Assembly (NCBI GenBank): GCA_965215565.1
Contig: CBDCDZ010000004.1
Span: 992,001-1,056,000, forward strand
Source: Trueperaceae bacterium
Lineage (GTDB): Bacteria; Deinococcota; Deinococci; Deinococcales; Trueperaceae
Reading direction: 5' to 3'
Length of the DNA: 64,000 nucleotides
Shown: piece after piece, positions 9,793 to 20,106 of the stretch
How positions within the stretch are numbered: the stretch's first letter is position 1
Layout of the letters: every line of letters begins with the position of its first letter
Translations under genes and position numbers: made by a program
The notes under the pieces: model-generated
Database searches by the model: none
Seen by the model: the letters and a program-made list of their open reading frames with translations, nothing else
What the model was told of the DNA's origin: nothing

Positions 9793-10593
9793 TCACGCCG
9801 CATCCAACTTCGTCGCCATGAAAAGCGCCGCCTCGTGGACGAGCGCGTGGAGTACACCCTCTTGTTCCTCAACCTTGAAGTAACGCTTGTAGGTTTCGGG
9901 CAAGCTGAGGATATACGCCTCGAGCACGTCCCCATTCGGCTCGGAGGTTTGCGCCCTACGCAGCCACTCCCTGAAATCTTTGCGGGTTTCCCACCTCGAG
10001 AAGTGCAGGAGTTCTAAGCGCGTCTCGGCGAACCAGTTCAGCCAGGTTGCCACGCTGTACGCCTCAGCGTGGCTAGGGTCCCTGACCCTTTCGATGTGGT
10101 TCATGACCCGCGCCAACTCGCTCGGCGTCGGCGCGACGTTGTCAACGAGCAGGAAGCGTCCGCCAGGCTTGAGCACCCTTGCGCTCTCTTTAAGAAACAC
10201 TACAGGGTCCGCGAAGTGGTGCGCGGCGATGCGGCACGTGACGATGTCGAAGGAAGCGCTCCCAAAAGGGAGGTCTTCGGCGGCGGCAGAAGCGAAGGTC
10301 ACGCTCGCCCTCACCTCAGCGGCTTCCTCTTTGGAGGAGGCTTCGGCGGCCCTTAACATCTCTGGCGTCAGGTCGGTTGCGACGACGTCTGCACCCGCCC
10401 TGGCAAAAGCGAGCGCGGTGTGCCCGCCGCCCGTCGCGATGTCGAGGACGCGCGCTCCCGAAACGTCACCCGCAAGCTCTACCATGAGTGCCAGCTCTGC
10501 CCCCTTAGCGTGCCCCTCGCTATGAACATAGCCCTCGGCGCTCTTGCCGAACTGCGCTCTAACTTTGCTATACGTATCGGTCATAAGTCCCAC
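9793..10593 (-). CDS. Class I SAM-dependent methyltransferase
   Basis: LDIATGGG, FDIVTCRIAAHHF, RVLKPGG. Confidence 0.9.
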   Translation of the reverse strand: MGLMTDTYSKVRAQFGKSAEGYVHSEGHAKGAELALMVELAGDVSGARVLDIATGGGHTALAFARAGADVVATDLTPEMLRAAEASSKEEAAEVRASVTFASAAAEDLPFGSASFDIVTCRIAAHHFADPVVFLKESARVLKPGGRFLLVDNVAPTPSELARVMNHIERVRDPSHAEAYSVATWLNWFAETRLELLHFSRWETRKDFREWLRRAQTSEPNGDVLEAYILSLPETYKRYFKVEEQEGVLHALVHEAALFMATKLDAA

Positions 10594-10751
10594 GTTGAAC
10601 CTCTTATCTCATCTTAGCACCATGTCTCTCATACGGTCGGGTTATTCGTCAGGTGGGCTTATTTTGTAGGTATCAGCGTCAGCAAGGTTGAGCGTCCAAC
10701 GGTCATTCCGCGTGAGGAAGGGCTCGAGCCTCACAACCCGCACGACTTCGC

Positions 10752-12587
10752 CTACAGCGGGACCAAACCTGCTTTTTGCAACACGCCGAACGTCTCATCT
10801 AATACCTTTTCGGGCGGCACAAAGACCACGAATCCGTCGCGCCCCCGGCTCAGCAGCACCCGGTACGCATTGAGCCGCAAACGGTGCGGGTCTTTAGCTT
10901 TCGAACGCGGCGACGCCTTGGACCACCACGCGCCCTCTTGTGCGCGCAAGTCGCTCCCCCAACAGACGACGGGGAAGTCGAGTTCTAACCCCTGACACGC
11001 GAACTCGGTGGCGACAGCGTCTAGAGCGCAGCACGAGTTAGGCGAGTCGGGTGCGTCGATGTACCAGGGTCCGACTTTGAGGCGTTTGGTAGATTGATAG
11101 TCGTTATACACGCCGTGCTTAGGGAGGTTGCTCCCTTTGGAGGAGGCGAGCAGACCGTAACGCTTTTCCTGATTGCCCTCGTAGCGCTCGAGGCAATAGG
11201 TTTTGGCAGCCTCTAAATCTCGGGTCAAATACATCGCGAAGCCTTGGTTTTGGATACTCGAGGCCAAACCTTCAGCCCCCGCTACGTCCCCAGCTAACAG
11301 CCGCGCTACCCAGCGCTGCACATCTTCGGCTAGGTGCGTCCGCAAAGAGGTCGTGAGGTCTAAGAAGGACTGGGGCTCCAAATCCAACGACGGATTGAAT
11401 TCTGGCTCGAGCCTTTCGGGAAGGTGCACCGTCCAGGCTTCACTAGCGCCCTGTACCGCATCACTCCACTGCTCGACGCCCTCTTCTTCGCCGATATGAA
11501 TCTCTTGGCCCTCCCCGATGAGCGCTAGCATCACGCAGTATTCAGGGATGCGCTCGGCAACCTCGAACATGAGTTGCGGGTTCGTCACCTCGACGCCGTA
11601 CTTCTCGCTCATGCGCTCCTTGTCCCAAGCGCGCTGCGCCTCGTCAAACACAATAAGGTGCTCGGGCGGCGCAGACTGATTTTTGACGGCATGTTGAATG
11701 AAGAAGTTGCGAATCGGCTGCACGAAGACGCGGCTCTTGAGCGCATATTGCAACACTTGGACAAGAGGTCCGTTGCCCGAGAGAAGCACGGCGTTCGCCT
11801 CGTGCTCCTCTTTATAGGTTTGGTGGACGAACTGCAAGCCAACCAGCGTTTTACCCGCTCCCGGAACCCCTGTGACTAACATAAGATGACGCTCGCCGCA
11901 CCTTTTCGCCCGCTCGACGATCTCGCTGAGATAATTCATCACCTCGGGAATCCCTGCGCTCTGCGCCCGCCGCACGGAAGGAAGAGGTTCATTCGCGAAG
12001 ATGTGGCGGGCGGCTTGGATAACGGAGGGAAGTGGGGCGTAGTCGGCAGTGAGCCAAGCATCCGCGTCGATGGGGGAAGAGGGCTCTATCTCTAACCCTT
12101 GCAACCACCCCGCCAAGCTACGAGGCGCAATCACCTGCACCGCTCTAACCTCTTCCGATTCCTCCCGCTGTGTCGGGATGAGCACGGGAATAACAGGACG
12201 CTCGTGCGACGCCTCGTGATAGTTCGCCAAATCCCGCGCGTACGCCGCCACTTGGTCTACGTCCGCTGTGAGGAGACCGGACTTCTCTTTGAACTCTAAG
12301 ACCACTACGTTCCCCTTAGCGAGGAGCACCACGTCAGGACGCCGCCCGCCCTCTCTCGGCAGTTCATACTCAAAAACGAGCGTCCAACTTTTAGCGCTTT
12401 CGTCCGCTTCTATGACCTCTTTAAGCGCGTCTTGCAATACCTCAAACGAGCCTTTCCACGCCGTCACTTGCTGCTGGCTCGGTCTCTGACGAGTCATCGC
12501 GTCAAAGTTCTGCGCCACCTCTTGCAGCCAAAACTCGTAAGGGATGTTGAGAAAGTCTGCGACATCGCTTGCCCAGCAGTAATTCAT
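10752..12587 (-). CDS. DUF2075-family DNA/RNA helicase with N-terminal PD-(D/E)xK-like nuclease
   Basis: RRPDV...LEFK, Walker A GVPGAGKT, DEAQR, QGLELD, YRVLLSRGR. Confidence 0.85.
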   Translation of the reverse strand: MNYCWASDVADFLNIPYEFWLQEVAQNFDAMTRQRPSQQQVTAWKGSFEVLQDALKEVIEADESAKSWTLVFEYELPREGGRRPDVVLLAKGNVVVLEFKEKSGLLTADVDQVAAYARDLANYHEASHERPVIPVLIPTQREESEEVRAVQVIAPRSLAGWLQGLEIEPSSPIDADAWLTADYAPLPSVIQAARHIFANEPLPSVRRAQSAGIPEVMNYLSEIVERAKRCGERHLMLVTGVPGAGKTLVGLQFVHQTYKEEHEANAVLLSGNGPLVQVLQYALKSRVFVQPIRNFFIQHAVKNQSAPPEHLIVFDEAQRAWDKERMSEKYGVEVTNPQLMFEVAERIPEYCVMLALIGEGQEIHIGEEEGVEQWSDAVQGASEAWTVHLPERLEPEFNPSLDLEPQSFLDLTTSLRTHLAEDVQRWVARLLAGDVAGAEGLASSIQNQGFAMYLTRDLEAAKTYCLERYEGNQEKRYGLLASSKGSNLPKHGVYNDYQSTKRLKVGPWYIDAPDSPNSCCALDAVATEFACQGLELDFPVVCWGSDLRAQEGAWWSKASPRSKAKDPHRLRLNAYRVLLSRGRDGFVVFVPPEKVLDETFGVLQKAGLVPL

Positions 12588-12627
12588 AGGGTCATCGTTA
12601 CCTAATTGGTGAGAGGTAAAATAGCGG

Positions 12628-12704
12628 GCGGACTGCAATAAAAAAGTTGAAAGCAATAAGCAACGAGTAATGAGTGAAACCCTTTAGACTCATTGCTCAT
12701 TGCT
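12628..12704 (+). repeat. GCAATGA/TCATTGC heptamer hairpin element, copy 1
   Basis: 77-bp direct repeat of 14653..14729 with 4 mismatches. Confidence 0.9.
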
Positions 12705-12767
12705 ACTTTTATCATCTCTTCCATGTACTTAGGTACAAGGTGTTTCAACCGTCTAGCGCGGTTCCTT

Positions 12768-14531
12768 TTAGATGAGCGCCTCGAGCCTCAACGCCACCTC
12801 GAACGTTTCCCCGTCACGTTCTAGGCTCAATGTTCTCGAACTGCCCGCTTCCGTCAAAAGCTCGCGAACGTCGTTGAGGGTGTAATCGTTAGCGGGCGTT
12901 CCGTCTACCTTCCCCAACACATCCCCCATTTGCAGACCTGCTCGCTCAGCAGGCGAGTCAGCGAGAACTGCTTGTACCGTGACGCGCTCTAAATTCTCTG
13001 CCACGAGCCGCAACCCGCTCGCGTCGTAGACGAAAGGCGCGCCGAATTCGGCGTTGGGCTCTAAAATCATCTCCTGAGCGCTGTAGTCAAAGAAGACCCG
13101 AAAGCGCTTCAAGAGGTCGCCGCCGATGAGCCCTGCTAAAGCGTCGGTCTCGAGCGAACCCGAGGTGCTTTCGGATAAGGTTGTGACGATGTCGGTAAAT
13201 TCATACGCGCCTAAGCGCATACCGGGCAGACGCGCCACCGACTCCCGCGACGCGCCGCCGACGCCGCTGACTTGTTCGGGCAGCTCGAGCACCTTAGGAA
13301 CGGCGCTTTTGACGCCGTGACGTTCGGTGAAGAGGCGGTTGAGGTAAAGCGCCATGCGTGCGCCTGTATCAACTAAGAAGGTACCACTGGCGCGTTCTCC
13401 CTCCCCAAGCAAAACGTCCGCGTGAATATGTGGATGGTTGTTTTGCAGCGTAAAAGGGATATGCTCGCCAGGACCTTCATATACAAATATTTCAGGTGAA
13501 TGAAAGGTGACCTCTTTAGCTGCGTAGTCCACCTCGAGCACCGCTCGCCCGAGTATGTCGTAGCCCAAGATGAGGTCGATCGTGCGCCCCTCGAGCGGCT
13601 CTAAAGGCGTGAGGTCGATTGTGGCGAACGAGGTCTCTTCCAGGGCGTGACCGCCGAGCTTGAGGTTGACCCCTTTGACGTGACCCAAGTCTTGAGAGCC
13701 TTCACCGCCGCCTCTCACCTCGAGCTTGCCCGTCTCCTCTAGCCCTAAGTCATCAACCAAACTGCTGTTAAGGACCGAGCCGCCCGCGCCCGTATCGACG
13801 ATGATATTGAGCGGACGCGAGTTTCCAATCTGCCCCTCTATATAAATGTGGTTAGAGACAAGATCAAAGGGAAGCGTCACCTGGGGGTCTTCAAAAAGGG
13901 GCGCAGCATCGGCGGGCAGCTTGGCGAAGAGGTCGTCATTTAGAGGTTCGCCGAGCCGCACCGCTTCGACGTGAAACAGAGCGTCGTACTTGGCGTCGCC
14001 CGTACCCTGCCGCGACGCGAACGCAAACATGACGCCTTCCACCTCGCGCCAATCCGAGAACGTCGTCGTTTCGGTGCGATTATGAATGACCTCTTCTTGC
14101 TTGACGGGCAAAAAGGTGTCGCCCGCCAGATAGACTTTGACGGCGCGTCCACCCTGGGGGTGCAGCTCGAGCGCGTGCGCCCCCTCCTCTTCTCCCAAAT
14201 AAACCGCTTCTCCCGGCAAACGCTCCGCGATGAGGTGGGAAAAACTTCCTAAGTAGGCTTGCGTTCGTTCGGCCTCGAGTTCTGAGTCCGCAAGCTCGCG
14301 CACCAAGCCGTTTTGGTCCTTGACCCAACCCCGCTCGCCGTCATAAACACGAAGCTCGCTGTAAACGTCGCCCAAGTTGAACGACGCTCTGCGCTCGCCG
14401 CCCGGTTGCTGCCAAATCTCATACGTCCCGCTCAGCCCGCCCGTCTCCAAGGTCATGCGCTGGTACACGCTGCCAACGGCAACGTGACCCAACGCTCGCC
14501 GCCAATTATGCAGTAAGTCCGCAATGTTCAT
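12768..14531 (-). CDS. Retropepsin-like aspartyl protease (two DTG domains) with C-terminal PDZ
   Basis: IVDTGA...ILGYD and LVDTGA...LIGGD motifs; SPAERAGL PDZ. Confidence 0.85.
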   Translation of the reverse strand: MNIADLLHNWRRALGHVAVGSVYQRMTLETGGLSGTYEIWQQPGGERRASFNLGDVYSELRVYDGERGWVKDQNGLVRELADSELEAERTQAYLGSFSHLIAERLPGEAVYLGEEEGAHALELHPQGGRAVKVYLAGDTFLPVKQEEVIHNRTETTTFSDWREVEGVMFAFASRQGTGDAKYDALFHVEAVRLGEPLNDDLFAKLPADAAPLFEDPQVTLPFDLVSNHIYIEGQIGNSRPLNIIVDTGAGGSVLNSSLVDDLGLEETGKLEVRGGGEGSQDLGHVKGVNLKLGGHALEETSFATIDLTPLEPLEGRTIDLILGYDILGRAVLEVDYAAKEVTFHSPEIFVYEGPGEHIPFTLQNNHPHIHADVLLGEGERASGTFLVDTGARMALYLNRLFTERHGVKSAVPKVLELPEQVSGVGGASRESVARLPGMRLGAYEFTDIVTTLSESTSGSLETDALAGLIGGDLLKRFRVFFDYSAQEMILEPNAEFGAPFVYDASGLRLVAENLERVTVQAVLADSPAERAGLQMGDVLGKVDGTPANDYTLNDVRELLTEAGSSRTLSLERDGETFEVALRLEALI

Positions 14532-14652
14532 AACGCCTCCCACAAAGTTCACGCCGCGCCGCTCATGCTAATCTTTAGAGATAAGGTAGCACTTTGTAGG
14601 GGCTGCGCGTTCTAAAACGAAAAGCGTAGGGCGATGAAGAGGTGAGGTAGGA

Positions 14653-14729
14653 GCGGACTGCAATGAAAAAGTTGAAAGCAATGAGCAACGAGCAATGAGT
14701 GAAAACCTTTAGACTCATTGCTCATTGCT
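14653..14729 (+). repeat. Heptamer hairpin element, copy 2
   Basis: Near-identical to 12628..12704. Confidence 0.9.
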
Positions 14730-14784
14730 GCCTTTTGTCACCCCCCTTCCAGAGCCCCCGCCACTTTCCTGCTAAGTTCGCCAC

Positions 14785-15501
14785 ATGGACATTCAAGGAA
14801 AAACCGCATTTATTACAGGTGGAAGTAAAGGTATTGGCTACGGCGTGGCGGAAGCATTGGTCAAGGAGGGCGCGAACGTCGCTATCACCTCTCGGCATAA
14901 AGATGAGGTCGAAGAGGCGGCGCAGAAGCTGACCGATATGGGACCGGGGAAGGCGTTGGGTTTAGAGTGCAACGTCCGCAACTTGGATGAGCAACAAGAG
15001 GCTGCTAAGAAAACGGTGGACGAGTTCGGCAGCCTGGACATTCTCATCGCCAACGCGGGCGTCGGACGCTTCGCCCCGATTGACGAGATGGAGCCGAGCG
15101 ACTGGCACGACATGATCGACACAAATCTCACGGGCGTCTTCTACAGCGTCAAGGCGACGGTGGAGGCGCTTAAAAAGTCCGAAGGCTACATCATCACGAT
15201 TTCGTCATTGGCAGGGAAAAATCCCATGGCGGGCGGCTCCGGTTACAACGCGAGCAAGTTCGGGCTGGACGGCTTTAGCGAGGCGATCATGCTGGATTTA
15301 CGGCAAAAAGGCATCAAGGTTTCAACGATTATGCCAGGTTCTGTGGCGACGTACTTTGGCGGTCAGACGCCCACGGAAGAGGACGCTTGGAAGATTCAGT
15401 CGGAGGACATTGCCAAGCTCTGCGTTGACCTCTTGACGATGCATGAGCGCACGCTGCCGAGCCGGGTGGAGGTGCGTCCGAGTCAGCCGCCTAGCAGCTA
15501 A
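14785..15501 (+). CDS. SDR family oxidoreductase
   Basis: TGGSKGIG, NAG and YNASK motifs. Confidence 0.93.
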   Translation: MDIQGKTAFITGGSKGIGYGVAEALVKEGANVAITSRHKDEVEEAAQKLTDMGPGKALGLECNVRNLDEQQEAAKKTVDEFGSLDILIANAGVGRFAPIDEMEPSDWHDMIDTNLTGVFYSVKATVEALKKSEGYIITISSLAGKNPMAGGSGYNASKFGLDGFSEAIMLDLRQKGIKVSTIMPGSVATYFGGQTPTEEDAWKIQSEDIAKLCVDLLTMHERTLPSRVEVRPSQPPSS

Positions 15502-15517
15502 GAGAGGAAGAGGTAGA

Positions 15518-15553
15518 AATAGGGAGACCCGTCGCGGTGCTCCCTATTCTTTG
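15518..15553. terminator. Terminator between convergent genes
   Basis: AATAGGGAG/CTCCCTATT stem. Confidence 0.6.
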
Positions 15554-15578
15554 AAAAACTGTGCCGTACCTATCTAGT

Positions 15579-17189
15579 TCAATGTACATCGCCATTACAA
15601 AGCCGTTCAATGTATCTCGTTATCAAAGCAGCTCTGTTTCTCAAAAAACTCTCATAATTTGCATTTTCGTAATTGAATTCACCTGGTGAAGGCATAAGAT
15701 TGGAACTCAGAACTACTGCTGAAGATTCTGCATGGTTTTGGATACACTCAGGTAGGTATTCATGAGGATCGCGGTCGCTAATAGCGTTATTCTCTGAAGC
15801 CGTAAGCATACAGATGTTCATAATGGAGTTATGCTCTTGAACTGCATCTACTCTTTTCAGATAACCACGAGGATATATGTGATGAAACTGCTTACGATTG
15901 TAACTCGATAATGCTTCTGTAGTGTCAATGAGTGCTCCGTTCGTTAAGTTGCGAGGCTTTTGAATCGCCAAAGCAAGAATAAATGCTCGAGCCCGCGAGT
16001 TGTTTATGCGAAATAGCGTGTTTGTCAACTGTGACTCTGTCGGGGTTGAGCCAATGTCGTTCACATCGCCGGTTTCCTCAATAACAAACTGATTGATAAA
16101 TTCTAAGTCTTTCGAGATGAAATTTTCACCGCCAACACGGTAACGCTCGCTAAAAGATGCTCGCCAAAACCACTGGCGCACACGAACAATCTTCTCTTTC
16201 GTAAGATTTTTTGTATTTGCGAATATATAGCATAGAACAATTACCAAAGCTTCGTAAGGGAGGAATTCCCAGCTATAAATCTTGAATTCCGTAGTTAATA
16301 GATCAATAGCTTTAAGTAAGGCATCACTCGTTCTTTGAACGAGGTCATCCATTTCTTCTACGCGCAAGTCACGAAGCGCAAGAACTTGATCCTTCTTAGT
16401 ACCGCCAAATTGAACAGCAGCAAGACATTTAAGAATGGTATTAGGCTCGACATCTCCAAAACCTTTTGGTTCTAACTTTGTTGCTATTTTGCTAGTTTCT
16501 TCATTCAAATCGAAATTTCGAGACCAAGTGGCAGCCACCATGAGGTCGTACATCGAGAGTTTTGTTCCGGAGCTATTGATACGTTCAAAAATTGGACAGA
16601 CTTCTTCTAAGGATAGGTCTTTAAGAGTAACAACGGGTATTTTGTAGTTCGTAAAAGCGCTAATTAAAGTGTCTAGGCTTGCCTGGTATTCTTCGTGCTT
16701 TGGAAAACTCTGCAAGCTCGTACGAAAGTTAAGCATCTTCGTGGTTTCGTAAAGCCATCGCAAAGGAAATAATATAGGATTGTGTTGTAGAGGTGCAGGA
16801 ACAAATTGACGACTATCTAAATCGTATGCCACTGCAAATCCTTCTTCGGAATCGGGTGCACCTAAGCATGAATATATTACAGTTATTCGCTGTTGACCAT
16901 CGAGCACGTAGTCTGTTGGGGTTAAGTCATCCGTTTCAGGAAGTTTGAAGTTGCCAATATTTCGTTCGGTAGCAAGCTTGGTTGGTGTGCGCCACAAAAG
17001 CAAACTTCCGATCGGATAATTGTTAGCGATGCTATCAATAAGCTCAATTGCTTGTTGCTCTTTCCATACAAATTTCCGTTGAAATTGCGGGATTTTCACC
17101 TCTCCCTTTTTAATATCGTCAGTGAGATTCTTGATGTATGTAGTATCCGTGTCAAGCCGGCTCAAGATGTTGGGGCTCATTGTATTCAT
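15579..17189 (-). CDS. DUF262 (GmrSD/SspE-like) protein with C-terminal HNH-like domain
   Basis: PQFQRKFVW, LDGQQRIT, FERINSSG, FHHIYP...NICML; visibly AT-rich compared with neighbours. Confidence 0.85.
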   Translation of the reverse strand: MNTMSPNILSRLDTDTTYIKNLTDDIKKGEVKIPQFQRKFVWKEQQAIELIDSIANNYPIGSLLLWRTPTKLATERNIGNFKLPETDDLTPTDYVLDGQQRITVIYSCLGAPDSEEGFAVAYDLDSRQFVPAPLQHNPILFPLRWLYETTKMLNFRTSLQSFPKHEEYQASLDTLISAFTNYKIPVVTLKDLSLEEVCPIFERINSSGTKLSMYDLMVAATWSRNFDLNEETSKIATKLEPKGFGDVEPNTILKCLAAVQFGGTKKDQVLALRDLRVEEMDDLVQRTSDALLKAIDLLTTEFKIYSWEFLPYEALVIVLCYIFANTKNLTKEKIVRVRQWFWRASFSERYRVGGENFISKDLEFINQFVIEETGDVNDIGSTPTESQLTNTLFRINNSRARAFILALAIQKPRNLTNGALIDTTEALSSYNRKQFHHIYPRGYLKRVDAVQEHNSIMNICMLTASENNAISDRDPHEYLPECIQNHAESSAVVLSSNLMPSPGEFNYENANYESFLRNRAALITRYIERLCNGDVH

Positions 17190-17251
17190 CCGAAAATTCT
17201 ATAACGAAATCTCGTTCGTAAGGAAATAGTATAGTAATATCTCCCGACACT

Positions 17252-18553
17252 TCACACTTCTACTTCCGACAACTCCACAAACGACTCCCGCCCCGCCTCC
17301 ACCATCCGCACAATATCCTCTTCCGTATGCGCGTAGGAGAGAAACGCCGCCTCGTAGTTGCTGGCGGGCCAGTAGATACCCCTCGAGAGCAACCCATGAA
17401 ACCAGCGTTTGAAGAGGTCGGTATCCGTCGTGCTGGCGCTCTCAAAGTCCGTGACCTTTTGGTCGGTAAAGAAAACCGTAATCATCGAGCCGATGCGGTT
17501 GATAGTTGTCGTGAGTCCTGCCTCGCTCGCACCTTCTCGAAGACCATCCTCTAGCTGAGCGGTCCGCGCCTCCAACACGTCATAAAGATCGGGCGTCTCG
17601 TTCATCGCTTCAAAGGTGGCGATACCCGCCGCCATCGCTAGAGGATTTCCCGAGAGCGTCCCTGCCTGGTAGACCTTGCCGAGCGGCGAGACGTTGTCCA
17701 TCACGGAGGCTTTGCCGCCATATGCGCCTACAGGCAAGCCGCCGCCGATAATCTTGCCCCAACAGATGAGGTCGGCGTCGATACCCAAGCGTTCGGTTGC
17801 GCCGCCGGGTGCTAAGCGGAAGCCGGTCATCACCTCATCCACGATGAGGAGTGCGCCGTATTCGTGCGTGAGGTCGCGCAAGCCTTGTAAAAACTCTTGG
17901 GTCGGAATCACGACGCCCATGTTGCCGACGACGGGCTCTAAGATGACCGCCGCAATCTCCTCCGGCTTCGCCTCGAACAGTTCGCGCACTGAGTCCAAGT
18001 TGTTGTACTGCGCGACGAGCGTGGTCTTGGCGGTGTCTGCCGGGACGCCTGCCGAGGAGGGCACGCCCGTCGTCATCGCACCGGAGCCTGCCGCAACCAA
18101 GAGCGCGTCGGCGTGACCGTGATAGTTGCCCGCGAACTTCACGATGTAGTCGCGCCCTGTCGCGCCTCTCGCCACTCTGAGGGCGCTCATTGTCGCTTCG
18201 GTTCCTGAATTCACAAAGCGGATGCGCTCGCACGTTTTGTAGCGGTCTAAAACCAACTCGGCGAGTTTGATTTCGCGCTCAGTCGGTGCGCCGAAGCTCA
18301 AGCCGTCCACAGACGCTTGCTGGATGGCGTCCAACACTCTCGGGTGCGCGTGACCTAAAATCATCGGTCCCCACGAGCCGATAGCGTCGATGTATTCGTT
18401 GCCGTCGGCGTCATAAAGGCGCGTGCCTTTAGCCGATTTGATAAAGCGCGGCGTACCGCCCACCGAGCCAAAGGCGCGAACGGGCGAGTTGACGCCGCCA
18501 GGGATGAGCAGAGAGGCGCGTTCGAAGAGCGTTTGTGAGGTAGAGGTGTTCAT
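17252..18553 (-). CDS. hemL: Glutamate-1-semialdehyde 2,1-aminomutase
   Basis: PGGVNSPVRA, SGTEATM, DEVMTGFR, GKIIGGG, QAGTLSGNP. Confidence 0.97.
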   Translation of the reverse strand: MNTSTSQTLFERASLLIPGGVNSPVRAFGSVGGTPRFIKSAKGTRLYDADGNEYIDAIGSWGPMILGHAHPRVLDAIQQASVDGLSFGAPTEREIKLAELVLDRYKTCERIRFVNSGTEATMSALRVARGATGRDYIVKFAGNYHGHADALLVAAGSGAMTTGVPSSAGVPADTAKTTLVAQYNNLDSVRELFEAKPEEIAAVILEPVVGNMGVVIPTQEFLQGLRDLTHEYGALLIVDEVMTGFRLAPGGATERLGIDADLICWGKIIGGGLPVGAYGGKASVMDNVSPLGKVYQAGTLSGNPLAMAAGIATFEAMNETPDLYDVLEARTAQLEDGLREGASEAGLTTTINRIGSMITVFFTDQKVTDFESASTTDTDLFKRWFHGLLSRGIYWPASNYEAAFLSYAHTEEDIVRMVEAGRESFVELSEVEV

Positions 18554-18833
18554 GCCCTCATGGTGGCACGGAAGAGATTGGGGTACAAGAATGTGGCTTA
18601 CGAGGTAGGGAGCAGGTCAGTATCTCAGCCTGATTCGTTCCGCCTGCGCGGAAACTGCGTAAGTCTGAAAACTTCGTCTCCGCCCTTCGGCCGAAGCCTA
18701 CGGAAACAGGAACCTCTTCTTTCTCAGCGCCAAACAAGCGTTCTTAGGATTCGGGGGACAACTCCACAGCCAACCCAACCTCTTGTTGCGAGTGGTGATG
18801 TCCCTGTAGCGCAGACTCGGTAGACTGGAGGCA

Positions 18834-20075
18834 ATGTCAGAGATCACGCGCCGTAAAACCGTCACGACGTGGGTGGGAGGCGTGCCTGTCGGCTCGGCGC
18901 ACCCCATCGTCGTCCAATCCATGACCAACACCGACACCGCCGATGCGGAGGCTACCGCGCAGCAGGTCGCGCAACTTCACCGCGCAGGCTCCGAAATCGT
19001 GCGCATCACGGTAAACAACAAAGAGGCGGCGAAAGCCGTGCCGGAGATTCAGGAGCGGCTGGCGGACGCTGGGCTCGAGGTCCCTCTCGTTGGCGACTTC
19101 CACTACAACGGGCACATCTTATTAAAAGAGTTTCCGCAAGCGGCGCACATTTTGGCGAAGTACCGCATCAATCCCGGCAACGTCGGCGCGGGGCGCAACT
19201 TCGACAAGAACTTCCTCACGATGATCGACGTGGCTAAAGAATTCGACAAGCCCGTACGCATCGGTGTGAATTGGGGCTCGCTGGACCAGCAGCTCCTCAC
19301 CAAGCTGATGGACGAAAACGCCGCCTTGACGCAGCCCAAAGAGGCGCGGGACGTGATGATCGAGGCAATGCTCCAATCTGCACTCCTTTCAGCGGAGATG
19401 GCGGAGGAGCACGGGCTGGGTCACGACAAGATCATCATCAGCGCGAAGGTCTCGAACGCGAGGGACTTGTGGGAGGTCTACCGCTTGCTCGCTAAGCGTT
19501 GCGACTATCCCTTGCACCTCGGGCTGACCGAAGCGGGCATGGGCGTCAAGGGCGCGGTCTCGAGCACCGCAGGTTTGGCACCTCTTTTAGCCGAAGGCAT
19601 CGGCGACACGATTCGCGTCTCGCTCACGCCTGACCCCGGCGCACCTCGCGAGAAAGAGGTCGAAATCGCCCAAGAGATTCTGCAAGCTTTAGACCTGCGC
19701 TCCTTTGCGCCAACTGTGACCGCGTGTCCTGGCTGCGGACGCACCACCAGTACGCTCTTTCAGGAGATGGCGCGGGATATTCAGGCGTACCTCAAGATGC
19801 AGATGCCCGCCTGGAAAGAGCGCTACCCCGGCGTCGAAACGCTCAAGGTGGCGGTGATGGGCTGCGTCGTGAACGGTCCCGGCGAGTCCAAGCACGCCGA
19901 CATCGGTATCTCGCTGCCCGGTACGGGCGAAGACCCCAAAGCGCCCGTCTACCGCGACGGGAAGTTCGTCAAGACGTTGCAGGGTCCGGGGATTGTCGAG
20001 GACTTTAACGAGATGCTAGATGAGTACGTGGCGTCGCGGTACGGGGCAGCGCGGGGGGAGCAGGTGGCATCTTAG
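18834..20075 (+). CDS. ispG: (E)-4-hydroxy-3-methylbut-2-enyl-diphosphate synthase
   Basis: [38 protein letters not shown]. Confidence 0.97.
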   Translation: MSEITRRKTVTTWVGGVPVGSAHPIVVQSMTNTDTADAEATAQQVAQLHRAGSEIVRITVNNKEAAKAVPEIQERLADAGLEVPLVGDFHYNGHILLKEFPQAAHILAKYRINPGNVGAGRNFDKNFLTMIDVAKEFDKPVRIGVNWGSLDQQLLTKLMDENAALTQPKEARDVMIEAMLQSALLSAEMAEEHGLGHDKIIISAKVSNARDLWEVYRLLAKRCDYPLHLGLTEAGMGVKGAVSSTAGLAPLLAEGIGDTIRVSLTPDPGAPREKEVEIAQEILQALDLRSFAPTVTACPGCGRTTSTLFQEMARDIQAYLKMQMPAWKERYPGVETLKVAVMGCVVNGPGESKHADIGISLPGTGEDPKAPVYRDGKFVKTLQGPGIVEDFNEMLDEYVASRYGAARGEQVAS

Positions 20076-20106
20076 GGGTTGTGTTTTGTCTGCTGGGTTG
20101 GAAGGG

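Noticed and set aside
18620..18822. Possible MITE between hemL and ispG
   Set aside because: Only a weak terminal IR and no clear second copy in the window.
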